From: an uncultured bacterium
GTDB taxonomy: Bacteria; Chloroflexota; UBA5177; JANWHV01
Length of the DNA stretch: 64,000 nt
Direction of reading: 5' to 3'
NCBI GenBank assembly: GCA_963827235.1
Contig: CAWHAE010000018.1
Coordinates: 352,001-416,000, forward strand
Position numbers and translations under genes: made by a program. The notes below the pieces were generated by a model. That model did not search any database and was not told the origin of the DNA. It saw only the letters and a program-made list of their open reading frames with translations. How positions within the stretch are numbered: position 1 is the first letter of the stretch; each line of letters opens with the position of its first letter. Shown here piece after piece: positions 1 through 9,596 of this stretch.

Positions 1-370
1 CCTCCATTACTCCGCGGGCGTCTTCATGGCCCTGCTCCTCGTCGTCTGGCTTCTTGCCGTGGCGTCTGTCCTGCTCGGCATCTTCATCTCCACGTTTGCC
101 CGGCACGAGGGACAGGTCTTTCCATTCATCCCGATGATCATCCTGCCCTCGGTCTTTCTCTCCGGCCTGCTGGTGTCGATTGACAAGCTGCCGGGCTGGG
201 CGCAGCTACTGGGCCACCTGTTCCCGCTGTACTGGGCCAACAACGTGATCCAGGAGATCATCCTGCCGGCGGGCACACTGCAGAACCAGGCCGGCTCGCT
301 CGCGGTCCTCTTCGCCTACAGTGTCGGGCTCCTGGCCCTGGCATCCCGCACCCTGAGCGAGGTGGAATAG
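1..370 (+). CDS. ABC-2 type transporter permease (5' end outside window)
   Basis: Hydrophobic ORF with the ABC-2 C-terminal pattern (IILPSVFLSGLL..LPGWAQLLGHLFPLYWA); stop at 368-370. Confidence 0.8.
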   Translation, partial: LHYSAGVFMALLLVVWLLAVASVLLGIFISTFARHEGQVFPFIPMIILPSVFLSGLLVSIDKLPGWAQLLGHLFPLYWANNVIQEIILPAGTLQNQAGSLAVLFAYSVGLLALASRTLSEVE

Positions 371-389
371 CCCCGCTTCGCAGGCGGGG
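371..389 (+). terminator. GC hairpin after the ABC-2 gene
   Basis: CCCCGC-TTCGCAG-GCGGGG directly after the stop; no clear U-tract. Confidence 0.4.
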
Positions 390-572
390 AAGTGTCGAAG
401 TGCTCGCCGCACCGGACACGGGCCCGTTCTTCAAGGCTCGCCGGCTGTAATTGCCCCATGCCGAGCTGGAAGGTGAAACACCACTCGAGGCCGAGAGCGG
501 GCAGCATCCTGCCGGACTAATCATACATGTACACGAGCCCCGGCTCCCGTGGCCCGTGGTCTGCCCATGGCC

Positions 573-1366
573 TCAGGCGCGCGCCGCGGCGGAGAGCTCG
601 GCCCGGGAGGCGCCCGTCATCATCGCCACCACGTCGTCCATGCTCTGCTCGTTCGGCCGGGCAATGCCCGCGCGCTTTCCCAGGCGCAGCACCTGGATGC
701 GGTCGGCCACCTCGAAGACGTGCGGCAGGTTGTGGCTGATCAGGATGACGGGCACACCCCGTGCCTTCACCGCCCTGATCAGCTCAAGAACCATGCCGGA
801 CTCCTTGACGCCGAGCGCTGCCGTCGGCTCGTCCATGATCACGACACGCTTGCCCCAGGAAACCGCCCTGGCCACCGCCACGCCCTGGCGCTGGCCGCCC
901 GAGAGCGTCTCCACGGCCTGCCGCATGGAGCGCAGCCCGATTTGAGCGACGCCATGTGCTCGGCCGCTTCCTGGCGCATCCGCGGCTTGTCCAGGCTGCG
1001 CAAGAGCGAGCCCAGGGGCCCGCGCCGGCGCTCCTCGCGGCCGAGAAAGAGATTGCTGGCAATATCCAGCGCGGCAGCCAGGGCCAGGTCCTGGTACACC
1101 GTCTCGATGCCCTGGCGGCGGGCATCCATCGGGCTATGAAACACTACGTGCTGGCCGTCCATCAGTATCTCACCCTCATCTGGCTGGTAGGCGCCGGAGA
1201 GGACCTTGATCAGCGTCGACTTGCCGGCACCGTTGTCGCCCACCAGCGCCATGATCTCGTTCGGATACAATTCGAAGTCGACCTGCTCGAGTGCTACCAC
1301 GGAGCCGAAATGCTTGGAAACGCCGCGCGTCTGCAGTATGGGAGTGCGGCTAGTACCTTCGACCAT
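573..1366 (-). CDS. Monosaccharide ABC transporter ATP-binding protein, frameshifted near 941-943
   Basis: Walker A GDNGAGKST is in ORF 839..1477 and LSGGQRQ/IMDEPT is in ORF 573..926. Adding one base in the AAA run joins them (MASLKIGLRSMRQAVETLSGGQ). AGGAGG RBS precedes ATG 1366. Confidence 0.85.
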
Positions 1367-1398
1367 CGCCCACGTTCCTCCTGGGTAGATGCGAATGC

Positions 1399-2433
1399 TC
1401 ATCTGTTCCGGCGTCGCGTCGCCTGATCGAAGGCCACCGCGACGATCACCAGGATGCCGGTGGCGAACGTCTGCCACAAGGCGTCCACGTCCATCAGGGT
1501 CAGGCCGTTGCGTATCACGCCGACGATGACCGCCCCAATCAGGGAGCCGATCACGCTGCCGCGGCCGCCGAACAGGCTGGTGCCGCCGATCACGACGGCG
1601 GTGATGCTATCGAGATTGTCCGTCTGGCCGGCCAGCGGATCGCCGACGGTCGTGCGGCCAAGTACCAACAGGGCAGTGATGCCGTAAATCAGCCCGGCTA
1701 GCAGGTACACGGACAGGATCAACCGCGTCGTGTTGATACCGGTGAGCCGCGCCGCTTCGATGTTATTGCCGGTGGCGTACACGTGCTTGCCCCAGGCAGT
1801 CTGCGTCAGCGCGTACCAGACGACTATCAACACTCCGACCATCACCAGAGGACCCACCGGCACCTGCCTGTCGAAGAGCGTGAAATTGTTGCCGAAGATC
1901 GTCAGGCCGGAGGGAAGATTGGTCACCGATGCGCTGCCCGTGTACAGCAATGTGCTGGACGCCGCGATGTTTAGCATGCCGAGCGTGACGATGAAGGGTG
2001 GAAGCCGCACGAATGAGACGATGCCGCCGTTCACCAGGCCCAATCCACAGGCCAGGGCCAGCCCAACGATCACAGCCTCGGGAACTGGAATGCCGTACGC
2101 CCCACCCTGGCTGGCGTTTCCGGTCGCCAGCTTGGCCATCACCACGGAGGCGAATACCATGATCGCCCCGTTACTCAGGTCGATGCCGGCGGTAATAATG
2201 ATCAGCGTCTGGCCTATGGCGAGTGTACCGACCTCCATCACCTGGGTCATGACGTTGGAGATATTGCCGTACGTGAGAAAGACGGACTTCTCGAGTGAGA
2301 AGAAGATGATGAGCACGATCAACCCGGTGAGCGGGCCCAGAATCGGGATCCCGCGGTAGATGTCGATCACCGGACCTATGCGTTGGCGGACCCGGCCCAA
2401 CATGCTAGGCGTCGCGGACTGCTGAGCACTCAT
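1399..2433 (-). CDS. Monosaccharide ABC transporter permease (RbsC/FrcC-like)
   Basis: Motifs ITAGIDLS, LPPFIVTLG, YATGNNIEAARLTGI and ITAVVIGGTSLFGGRGS. Confidence 0.92.
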   Translation of the reverse strand: MSAQQSATPSMLGRVRQRIGPVIDIYRGIPILGPLTGLIVLIIFFSLEKSVFLTYGNISNVMTQVMEVGTLAIGQTLIIITAGIDLSNGAIMVFASVVMAKLATGNASQGGAYGIPVPEAVIVGLALACGLGLVNGGIVSFVRLPPFIVTLGMLNIAASSTLLYTGSASVTNLPSGLTIFGNNFTLFDRQVPVGPLVMVGVLIVVWYALTQTAWGKHVYATGNNIEAARLTGINTTRLILSVYLLAGLIYGITALLVLGRTTVGDPLAGQTDNLDSITAVVIGGTSLFGGRGSVIGSLIGAVIVGVIRNGLTLMDVDALWQTFATGILVIVAVAFDQATRRRNR

Positions 2434-2526
2434 ATGCGCCGTCGCCGTATGCTAGCCATGCGTTTCAGCCTCCATATTACTGAGACCGACAATACTATGA
2501 AATGATCTCGCAACGCCGGCAAACAA

Positions 2527-2555
2527 GAAAGGACGGGCAGGTCGCCCGTCCTTTC
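2527..2555 (-). terminator. Intercistronic stem-loop/terminator after the binding-protein gene
   Basis: 12-bp stem GAAAGGACGGGC/GCCCGTCCTTTC followed by TTGTTT on the minus strand. Confidence 0.6.
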
Positions 2556-2575
2556 CGCACTCAAGCTAGTGGAGT

Positions 2576-3583
2576 TTAGCCCCAGCAGTGGGCAAGGCCA
2601 AACGAGACCGGGCTCGACGGCACGTACGGCTGCGGCGCCGTGGTCACCAGGATCTCGCCAGTGTCGAGGAACGAGGGAATCTTCTTCCCCTGCGCAGCCT
2701 GGACAGCGTAGTCGACGCCCAGCTTGGCCATCTGGGCCGGGAATTGCATCACGTCGGTGCTGATCGTCCCGTCCTGCACGGCCTTGATGCCGCGGCATCC
2801 ACCATCCATGGCCACGATCTTGATCTTGCCCTGCAGGCCCTTGGCCTTGATGGCCACCGCGGCGCCGAGCGCGGCCGGCTCATTGATCGCCCACACGAGG
2901 TTCACATCGGGATGGGCGGTGAGGATGTTCTCCATCGATGTCTGGCCGGGGCCCTGCGCACCGTTGGTGACCTGGTCGCCGACCACGTACTGCTTGGCAT
3001 TGACGCCGAAACCGGCCAGGAAGCCGCCCATGCGGTCGGTATTCACCTCACTGCCGGGCGTTCCCTCGAGCAGCGCGATCTTCGGTGTGATGTCGTTGTC
3101 ATTGAAGTACTTGCGAGCCCACAGACCGTTCAGCACGCCCGCCTCGTAGTTGTCGGTGGCGTAGAACGCGGTGGTTGCGCTCTGCGGATCGGTCGCCGTG
3201 TCGAGCGCGATGATCGTCACCCCCTTGGCTTCCGCTGCTTTGACGGCAGGCACGATCGCTGCTGACACGCTGGGTATGAGCACGATCGCCTTCGCACCGG
3301 AGGTCACGAGGTCCTGGATTTGAGAGATCTGGGTCGCGGTGTCGCCGTCGTACTTGCCGGCCTCGTAGACGAGTGTCACCCCGAGCTTCTTGGCCTCGGC
3401 CTTGGCGACCGGCTCCATGGCCACGAAATACGGATTGATCAGCGTCTTGACGAGGTACCCGACGGTGATGGACGCTTTCGCACGGTTCGCGTGCGCGCTA
3501 TTCGCCAGGGGTGCGCTGGAAACGAGAGCAGATGCCAGGGCAACAACGCAGATGGATCGTACAACTCTCGAAGAAATGCGCAT
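2576..3583 (-). CDS. Sugar ABC transporter substrate-binding protein (RbsB/FrcB-like)
   Basis: Signal peptide; motifs KTLINPYF, ATDNYEAG, INEPAALGA, MDGGCRG and MQFPAQM; start taken at MRISS. Confidence 0.9.
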   Translation of the reverse strand: MRISSRVVRSICVVALASALVSSAPLANSAHANRAKASITVGYLVKTLINPYFVAMEPVAKAEAKKLGVTLVYEAGKYDGDTATQISQIQDLVTSGAKAIVLIPSVSAAIVPAVKAAEAKGVTIIALDTATDPQSATTAFYATDNYEAGVLNGLWARKYFNDNDITPKIALLEGTPGSEVNTDRMGGFLAGFGVNAKQYVVGDQVTNGAQGPGQTSMENILTAHPDVNLVWAINEPAALGAAVAIKAKGLQGKIKIVAMDGGCRGIKAVQDGTISTDVMQFPAQMAKLGVDYAVQAAQGKKIPSFLDTGEILVTTAPQPYVPSSPVSFGLAHCWG

Positions 3584-3889
3584 GGAGTCTTCCTTTCCAC
3601 TCTCAAGGAACGACTTCTCCGCCATCACCGGCACTCGATCCGCTGCGGGGACGATCGCCTCGCGACAGCGGAGACACTACCGGGAGCATGGTCCCCAGTT
3701 AGTGACTGCCCACGTCTGTCACTATGAGGATGTGCAGCGCTTGTGACTCACCCCCTTTCAGTCAATTGCCGTTTCGACGCCAATACGAACAGGAGGCGGT
3801 GGATCGCTTGTTTGACACAATCAATTGCTGTCACAATGTATCTGCACAGTAGCACGGCGCCCACTATTGGTCAAGCAAGGGCAGGTTCG

Positions 3890-5179
3890 ATGGCCCAGGT
3901 CGGCCGGGGATCGCATCGCCCGCTCGTCGGCATGAACAGTGCCACGATCCGCCAGCAGAATCGCTCGGCGGTATTCGAGGCTATCCGCCACTACGCGCCG
4001 ATCTCGCGCAAAATGCTGGCCGGCCACACCGGCCTCAATCCGGCAACCGTGACCCACATCGTCGACGAGCTGCTCGCCGCCGATCTGGTTCAGGAGTCGA
4101 ACACGCGCAACGCCGTTCCGGCGCCGCAGCGAACGAGCGGCCGCAGGGAGATCGGGCTCTCAATCAATCCCGACGCCTGTTACCTCGTCGGCGTCAATCT
4201 CACCCGCACGCGAACCATCGTCGTGGTCACCAATCTTGCAGCCGAGATCGTGGCCAGCGAGCGCTTCGAAGTCTCGCTCTCGCACAGCAGTGACATGTGC
4301 GTGGACCGGGTAACAGGCATGATCGAGCTGGCAATCGCGCGATCGGGCGTGCCCCGCTCGCGCCTGCGCGGCATCGGCGTCGGAGCGCCCGGCCCGCTCA
4401 ACACGAGAACGGGTACGATTCTTGCCAACACCTTCGAAGGGTGGGTCGGCGTTCCCTTGAAAGCGCTGCTGGAAGAGCGGTTTGGCCTGCCCGTGGCCAT
4501 CGACAACGACGCGAATACGGCGGCTCTGGCCGAACAGTGGTTCGGAGGCGGCAAGGAGCTCTCGAACTTCGCCTTCGTGGCCGTCGGCGCGGGAGTCGGA
4601 GCGGGGATCATCGTCGACGGCCACCTCTTCCAGGCCGGCAGCGATCTCAATCCTGAGTTCGGCCACACCACCGTGCAGGTCGACGGACCTCGTTGCGCCT
4701 GTGGCAACCGTGGCTGCCTCGAAGTGTGCATCGCCACTCCCCACCTCGTGCGACGCACGATCGAGGCGATGCGTCGTGGAGAGGCCAGCATCCTCGAGCC
4801 GCTCGCGCCTGCCGCGCGGCGATCGAGCGTGCCGCCCGATCCGTTGCACGAGGACTTTGATGCGCTGACGCCCGAGATCATCTGGGCGGCCGTCGAGGCG
4901 GGCGATGCGCTGGCGACGTCGATCGTGCGCGATGCCACGACATACCTTGCCGGCGGTCTGGTAAACCTGGTAGCCCTCTTTCATCCCTCGGCCATCTTCA
5001 TCGGTCACGATATGGCGGGAGCAGGCCCGCGCACGTTCGCGATGCTGCGCGAGGCGCTGACCGACCGTGGTGTGCCGGAAGCTGTCCAGGTGCTGCCTTC
5101 CAAGGTCGGCGATTCCATTCCGGCGCTCGGCGCCGTGACGCTGGCCCTGCGCGAGCTCTTCTGCGCGCCCGGCCTCTAG
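3890..5179 (+). CDS. ROK family transcriptional regulator (NagC/XylR-like)
   Basis: N-terminal HTH (ISRKMLAGHTGLNPATVTHIVDEL), DNDANTAALAE and EFGH...CACGNRGCLE; divergent from the sugar ABC operon. Confidence 0.92.
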   Translation: MAQVGRGSHRPLVGMNSATIRQQNRSAVFEAIRHYAPISRKMLAGHTGLNPATVTHIVDELLAADLVQESNTRNAVPAPQRTSGRREIGLSINPDACYLVGVNLTRTRTIVVVTNLAAEIVASERFEVSLSHSSDMCVDRVTGMIELAIARSGVPRSRLRGIGVGAPGPLNTRTGTILANTFEGWVGVPLKALLEERFGLPVAIDNDANTAALAEQWFGGGKELSNFAFVAVGAGVGAGIIVDGHLFQAGSDLNPEFGHTTVQVDGPRCACGNRGCLEVCIATPHLVRRTIEAMRRGEASILEPLAPAARRSSVPPDPLHEDFDALTPEIIWAAVEAGDALATSIVRDATTYLAGGLVNLVALFHPSAIFIGHDMAGAGPRTFAMLREALTDRGVPEAVQVLPSKVGDSIPALGAVTLALRELFCAPGL

Positions 5180-5413
5180 CGGCAGTCGGACGCACATGGG
5201 CCGTGCTCATCCACCCTCCTTCCTCATGGTTGAACCGTATTGGCGCTAGACCCGTTTCGCGCGTCCACTCAGCCTTCCGGCGGGTGTCTCTCGGTGCTCG
5301 GAAGCAGATACTGCACCCCAACCGAGATGGTCGTGGTCCGGAGCAGAGGGCGGCTGGTCGTTCGCTTCTGCGCCGGGCCGGTATTCACGGTGGAGTGAAG
5401 GAGAGTAACCGTT

Positions 5414-5564
5414 ATGTGTCTCGACTGTGGTTGTCACAAGCCCAACGAAACGCATGGTGATGACAGGCATATCACCATGCAAGACCTCGAGCAGGCCGCG
5501 CAGGCGTCGAATACGTCGGTACCCGGGGTGGCGAGCCGCCATCCGACCAGCGTACTCCAAGTAG
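5414..5564 (+). CDS. Small CxxCGC/His-containing protein (~50 aa), probably with a 1-nt frameshift near its 3' end
   Basis: AAGGAG RBS; MCLDCGCHKPNETHGDDRHITMQDLEQAAQAS. The 189-aa read-through would overlap the convergent gene, while removing one base near 5540 gives a stop at TAG 5562-5564. Confidence 0.55.
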
Positions 5565-5587
5565 AGGTGGGAAGATCGCGGGCGCAT

Positions 5588-6385
5588 TCACTCCGTCCCC
5601 GGCACACGGGCCGGCTCACGCGAGGCCTGGCGCAGGACCGCAAGCGAGCCGCCCTGCAAGGCCAGCGCGATAGCCAAAGCCAGCGTGAACGCCGGCCCAA
5701 CCCCCGCGCGCACCACCAACGTCGCCACCACGAAGTGAAACCCAACACAGCCGACAAGCCCGGCCGTCATGCCTCGCAGGACCAGCTTCGCGGCAGATGC
5801 ACCGCGCTGGCGATGGGCGAACACGGCCAAGATGGTAGCGTAGACGGGAAACGACGACAGCAGACCGGTGAGCCGCGGCCCGAGCGCCGACGCCACGCTG
5901 GTCAGAAGCAATACGAGAAACGTCGCGGCCGCCATTCGCGCCGGCACGTCCCATGGCGGCGGCCTGGTGCCTCCATCCCATGAAGTTGATCCCTGCGGCA
6001 TGATTCTCAATCCGGCACCAATGACCAGGACGACAAACAGCACGGCCGGCCAGGCGCTGAGAGCGGCCGACTGAAGCGCGATCACGACGACGGCGAAGGC
6101 AAGGTATCCGGCGGCCAGGGACAACTGCCAACCTCCGCGATCGGCCAGCCACATATAAGCGAGGCTGTAGGCGACCAGCGACAGCGTGGCGAACATCATG
6201 GCAGTCGCGGCGCTGGCCGCGAACGACGGCCCGTGTGTCAGTGCAAGCACGAACACGACGGGTCCGGACGTCAGCGGAAGCCCGATCAGGGAGCCGCTTA
6301 CGGCCGGACCCCAGCGCCGGCCGGCAAGAGTCGCTGAGCCGATGAGCACCGGAGTGAGTAGTAGCTTGAGGACCAACGTATACAT
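5588..6385 (-). CDS. Hypothetical multi-pass membrane protein
   Basis: About 8 hydrophobic segments with an internal two-fold similarity (WGPAVSGSLIGLP / LGPRLTGLLSSFP). Confidence 0.75.
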   Translation of the reverse strand: MYTLVLKLLLTPVLIGSATLAGRRWGPAVSGSLIGLPLTSGPVVFVLALTHGPSFAASAATAMMFATLSLVAYSLAYMWLADRGGWQLSLAAGYLAFAVVVIALQSAALSAWPAVLFVVLVIGAGLRIMPQGSTSWDGGTRPPPWDVPARMAAATFLVLLLTSVASALGPRLTGLLSSFPVYATILAVFAHRQRGASAAKLVLRGMTAGLVGCVGFHFVVATLVVRAGVGPAFTLALAIALALQGGSLAVLRQASREPARVPGTE

Positions 6386-6429
6386 TGTTCTGCCGATGCC
6401 CAGCCTCTCGATCGCCCAACTGCCCTCGC

Positions 6430-7338
6430 CTAGCCCTTGTACGTGAACGCTGCTCTGCCGGCCACGCCCGGCCGGCAGCGGAATAGCGCGCCCGCCAGCG
6501 GCTCGCGGGCGAGGCGCTCCTCCTCAAGGTTCTCCGTTGCCGTCGTGATATACAGATCCTTCAGGTCGGGCCCACCGAAGGCACAGCAGCTGACTTGCGA
6601 TACCGGCAGCCGGATCACGCGGTCCAGCGTACCGTCCGGGGCGTAGCGATGGACGGCCCAGCCGCCCCACACGGCTACCCAGAGGTAGCCCACGGCGTCG
6701 AGAGTCATGCCGTCCGGGCCGCCGTTCCCCGGTGGGAGGGTCGCCAGCCTGCGCCGCCCGGAGATCTCCCCGGACTCGGCGTCGAAATCAAACACGTCCA
6801 CGCCGCCCAGGGGGGTGTCGATGTAATACATGAGCCGGTCGCCGTCGGCCCAGTCCAACCCGTTGGAAACCGAGACACCCGTGAGCACGCGTGTCACGAC
6901 GTGCTGACGATCCATGCGGTAGAGCGAGCCCGCCGGCTTGCCCGCGCGCTGCTCAAAGGCCATCGTGCCGGCCCAAAAGCGCCCGGCACTATCGCATTTG
7001 CCGTCGTTCATGCGCGTGGTCGGGTCGTCGGCCTCGACCGGTGCGAGCATGTCCAGGCGGCCCGAACCGGGATCGAACGCCGCGAAGCCGTCTCGTAGCG
7101 CCAGGACCAGCCCACCGGCCTCGCGCACCACAAGTGCACCTACCGGCTGACCGACGTCGAACGTCACATCGGTGCCACGCTCGGGATCGAACCTGTGGAC
7201 CAGATGGCCCATAATGTCTACCCAATACAGCACGCTCTCCTTGACCGACCACACGGGTCCCTCGCCAACGATGGCATGTGCATTGACCAGCAGCTCGAGA
7301 TCGGACGGCGGCTCGGACGCGTGATTCTGCACTGGCAC
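6430..7338 (-). CDS. SMP-30/gluconolactonase/LRE family protein
   Basis: Motifs GEGPVW, RMNDGKCDSAGRFWAGTM, SNGLDW, PDGMTLD and FGGPDLKDLYITTA. Confidence 0.93.
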   Translation of the reverse strand: MPVQNHASEPPSDLELLVNAHAIVGEGPVWSVKESVLYWVDIMGHLVHRFDPERGTDVTFDVGQPVGALVVREAGGLVLALRDGFAAFDPGSGRLDMLAPVEADDPTTRMNDGKCDSAGRFWAGTMAFEQRAGKPAGSLYRMDRQHVVTRVLTGVSVSNGLDWADGDRLMYYIDTPLGGVDVFDFDAESGEISGRRRLATLPPGNGGPDGMTLDAVGYLWVAVWGGWAVHRYAPDGTLDRVIRLPVSQVSCCAFGGPDLKDLYITTATENLEEERLAREPLAGALFRCRPGVAGRAAFTYKG

Positions 7339-7809
7339 GTTGCTTTCCCCCTTCAACGAGTGACTGGCTGCACGGCGTGGCACCTAACCTCGCTGGCCGG
7401 CAGGCCCGGCTCGATAGGTGCCACGCGTGGCGCGACCGCACGGACGCACGCACAGAGTGTACCTTGCGCGTATGCCGGTCGCTGCGACGCAGCCGGCTGG
7501 CCGCGGATGGGCTTCCGCGAGGAGGCAAGCCGCCTTACGAGACGCCCGGCGAAACGGTCCAGGTCATTCGTGGGCTGCGCCTCTTCGCGAGAGAAGCGCC
7601 GCCGGCTGCAGCGGCGGCCCGGCGAGCCGGCGCCACCGCCTCTCACGGAAGCCGGTCCGGAAGGCCGGGCTGCTATACTGTCACTGGCCGTGTCGCTCCG
7701 GTGGGACGTCATCTCTCAAGAGTCCGTGTCCCCTCCTGGCTCCGTCTCGGCAGTACCGCTCGGCCGCGCCGCGCCTTGGCGCCTCGCGTGGCCGTCGATC
7801 GAGACACCG

Positions 7810-8589
7810 ATGTCCAGCTGCAGTCCGGAGAAACCAGTGTCCAACACGCCAGAGGCGACGCCGCCGCGCCACCTGAGGACCGATCTGCACACCCACACGA
7901 CCTTCTCGGATGGACGCGCGGACCTGGCCGCCACGCTCGCGGCCGCGCGGCGCAATGGATTCGAGATCGGCGTCAGCGACCACTATTCCAGCTACTACGG
8001 GATCGAGGGCGACCGGGCGCTCGCGCGGTACCTGGACGCGCTGGAGCAGTTCCCCGTTTACCGCTCGGTTGAGCTCGATCTAGGCGCCGAACAGCTCATC
8101 TCGCCGGAGAATCAGGCGAAGCTCGACTACTGCATCGGCTCGCTGCACCTGGTGCTGGACTCGGAAGGCAAGCGCGTGCAGCCCGATCGCGGATCGCCGA
8201 GCTCCGTCCAGCACTACATGCGCTGCGTGGTCGAGCAGTACGAGCGCGGCCTCCGCTCCGGCAGCTACGCCATGATCGGCCATCCCATGTTCCTGCCCGA
8301 CCTCCCGCGCGAGGGTCAGGAGGAGCTATGGACTGCCGACCTGGTGAAGCGGTTCGTCGACGTCGTGGTCGAAACCGGCGCCGCCCTCGAGCTGAGCACC
8401 CGCTATCGCGTGCCGTCGGAAGATACTATGCGCGCCGCGCTTGCCGCGGGTGCGCGCTTTGCCGTGGGCAGCGACGGGCACCGGCTGGAAGCGATCGGCG
8501 CTATCGACTACGCGCGCAGACTGACGCTCGACTTCGCGATTCCACCGGAACGCTTCTATCTGCCCGAGCGCCAGCTGCCGGGCTACTGA
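7810..8589 (+). CDS. PHP domain phosphoesterase
   Basis: Metal ligands in DLHTHTTFSDG, GVSDH, IGSLH, IGHP and GSDGH; start approximate. Confidence 0.85.
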   Translation: MSSCSPEKPVSNTPEATPPRHLRTDLHTHTTFSDGRADLAATLAAARRNGFEIGVSDHYSSYYGIEGDRALARYLDALEQFPVYRSVELDLGAEQLISPENQAKLDYCIGSLHLVLDSEGKRVQPDRGSPSSVQHYMRCVVEQYERGLRSGSYAMIGHPMFLPDLPREGQEELWTADLVKRFVDVVVETGAALELSTRYRVPSEDTMRAALAAGARFAVGSDGHRLEAIGAIDYARRLTLDFAIPPERFYLPERQLPGY

Positions 8590-8831
8590 GAATCGCCGCC
8601 CTTGCTGGGAAAGACGCGCGCGGCAAGCACCATGAAGCCGCATACCGTCAGGTAGAGCAGCATCACGAAGCCGGCGCCTTTGGTCAGGTGAGAAGGGTCG
8701 CTCTTCTTGAAGAGATAGGAGAGGACGGCCAGCGTGATCACCGCTATGGCAAGAAAGATTGCCGTGCCGGCCCAGCCGCCGGCCCGCAGGCGATCGAGGT
8801 AGCGCGCGATCACTTGTCTCATGCCGTCCAC
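8583..8831 (-). CDS. Small two-TM hypothetical protein
   Basis: Two hydrophobic helices; lies just downstream of rsmI on the same strand. Confidence 0.55.
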   Translation of the reverse strand: MDGMRQVIARYLDRLRAGGWAGTAIFLAIAVITLAVLSYLFKKSDPSHLTKGAGFVMLLYLTVCGFMVLAARVFPSKGGDSQ

Positions 8832-8855
8832 GCTCCAGTCCAGTACGTCAACATG

Positions 8856-9572
8856 CTACCGTAAACCGTCGCGCACAGTACAGGCAGCGGCAGGCTCTTC
8901 ACCTGCTAGCGTCGCGCCTCCGATCACCACGATGTATTCGCCGAGCAGAGGGTTCTTGCCGATCGATTCGGCCAACGCCGAGAGAGTGCCCCTCTCGACG
9001 GCCTCGAACTTCTTGGTCAGGTCGTTGGCGATCGCGGCCGGGCGGTCGCCGTATGCTGCGATCGCGTCGTCCAGGAAAGCGAGTAGCCGGTGGGGGCTCT
9101 CGTAGAAGACCAGCGTGTGGGGCGAGGCAGCGTCCACTTGCAGGAAGGTACGGCGGGCGCGCGACTTGCGCGGCGGGAAGCCGCGAAAGGTGAAGCTGTG
9201 TACCGGCAGCCCGGAGAGAACGAGGGCCATGATCAGCGCCGTGGGGCCTGGTATCATGGTCACCGCCAGACCGGCCTCCAGCACGCGACGCACGATCGTG
9301 AACCCGGGATCGGCGATGCCGGGCGTGCCGGCGTCCGTCACCACGGCGACCGACTTTCCCTCCAGCAGTAGCTTCTCGATCTGGCCACACGCCCGCTCTT
9401 CGTTGTGCTCGTGATACGAGATCTGCGGCTTCTTGATCTCGAAATGCTTGAGCAGCAGGCCCGTCTTGCGCGTATCCTCGCTGGCGACGACGTCGACTTC
9501 TCGCAGGGTCTCGAGCGCTCGCAGCGTAATGTCGCCCAGGTTACCGATCGGCGTCGCTACCAGGTAGAGCAT
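8856..9572 (-). CDS. rsmI: 16S rRNA (cytidine1402-2'-O)-methyltransferase
   Basis: Motifs [42 protein letters not shown] and DLTKKFE. Confidence 0.95.
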   Translation of the reverse strand: MLYLVATPIGNLGDITLRALETLREVDVVASEDTRKTGLLLKHFEIKKPQISYHEHNEERACGQIEKLLLEGKSVAVVTDAGTPGIADPGFTIVRRVLEAGLAVTMIPGPTALIMALVLSGLPVHSFTFRGFPPRKSRARRTFLQVDAASPHTLVFYESPHRLLAFLDDAIAAYGDRPAAIANDLTKKFEAVERGTLSALAESIGKNPLLGEYIVVIGGATLAGEEPAAACTVRDGLR

Positions 9573-9596
9573 CGATCTCTCGCCACCGCTCGCGGC

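Noticed and set aside
926-960. Programmed frameshifting in the ABC ATPase, MFS or hydrolase genes
   Set aside because: No slippery heptamer or stimulatory structure was seen, and these families are not known for recoding; sequencing error is simpler.
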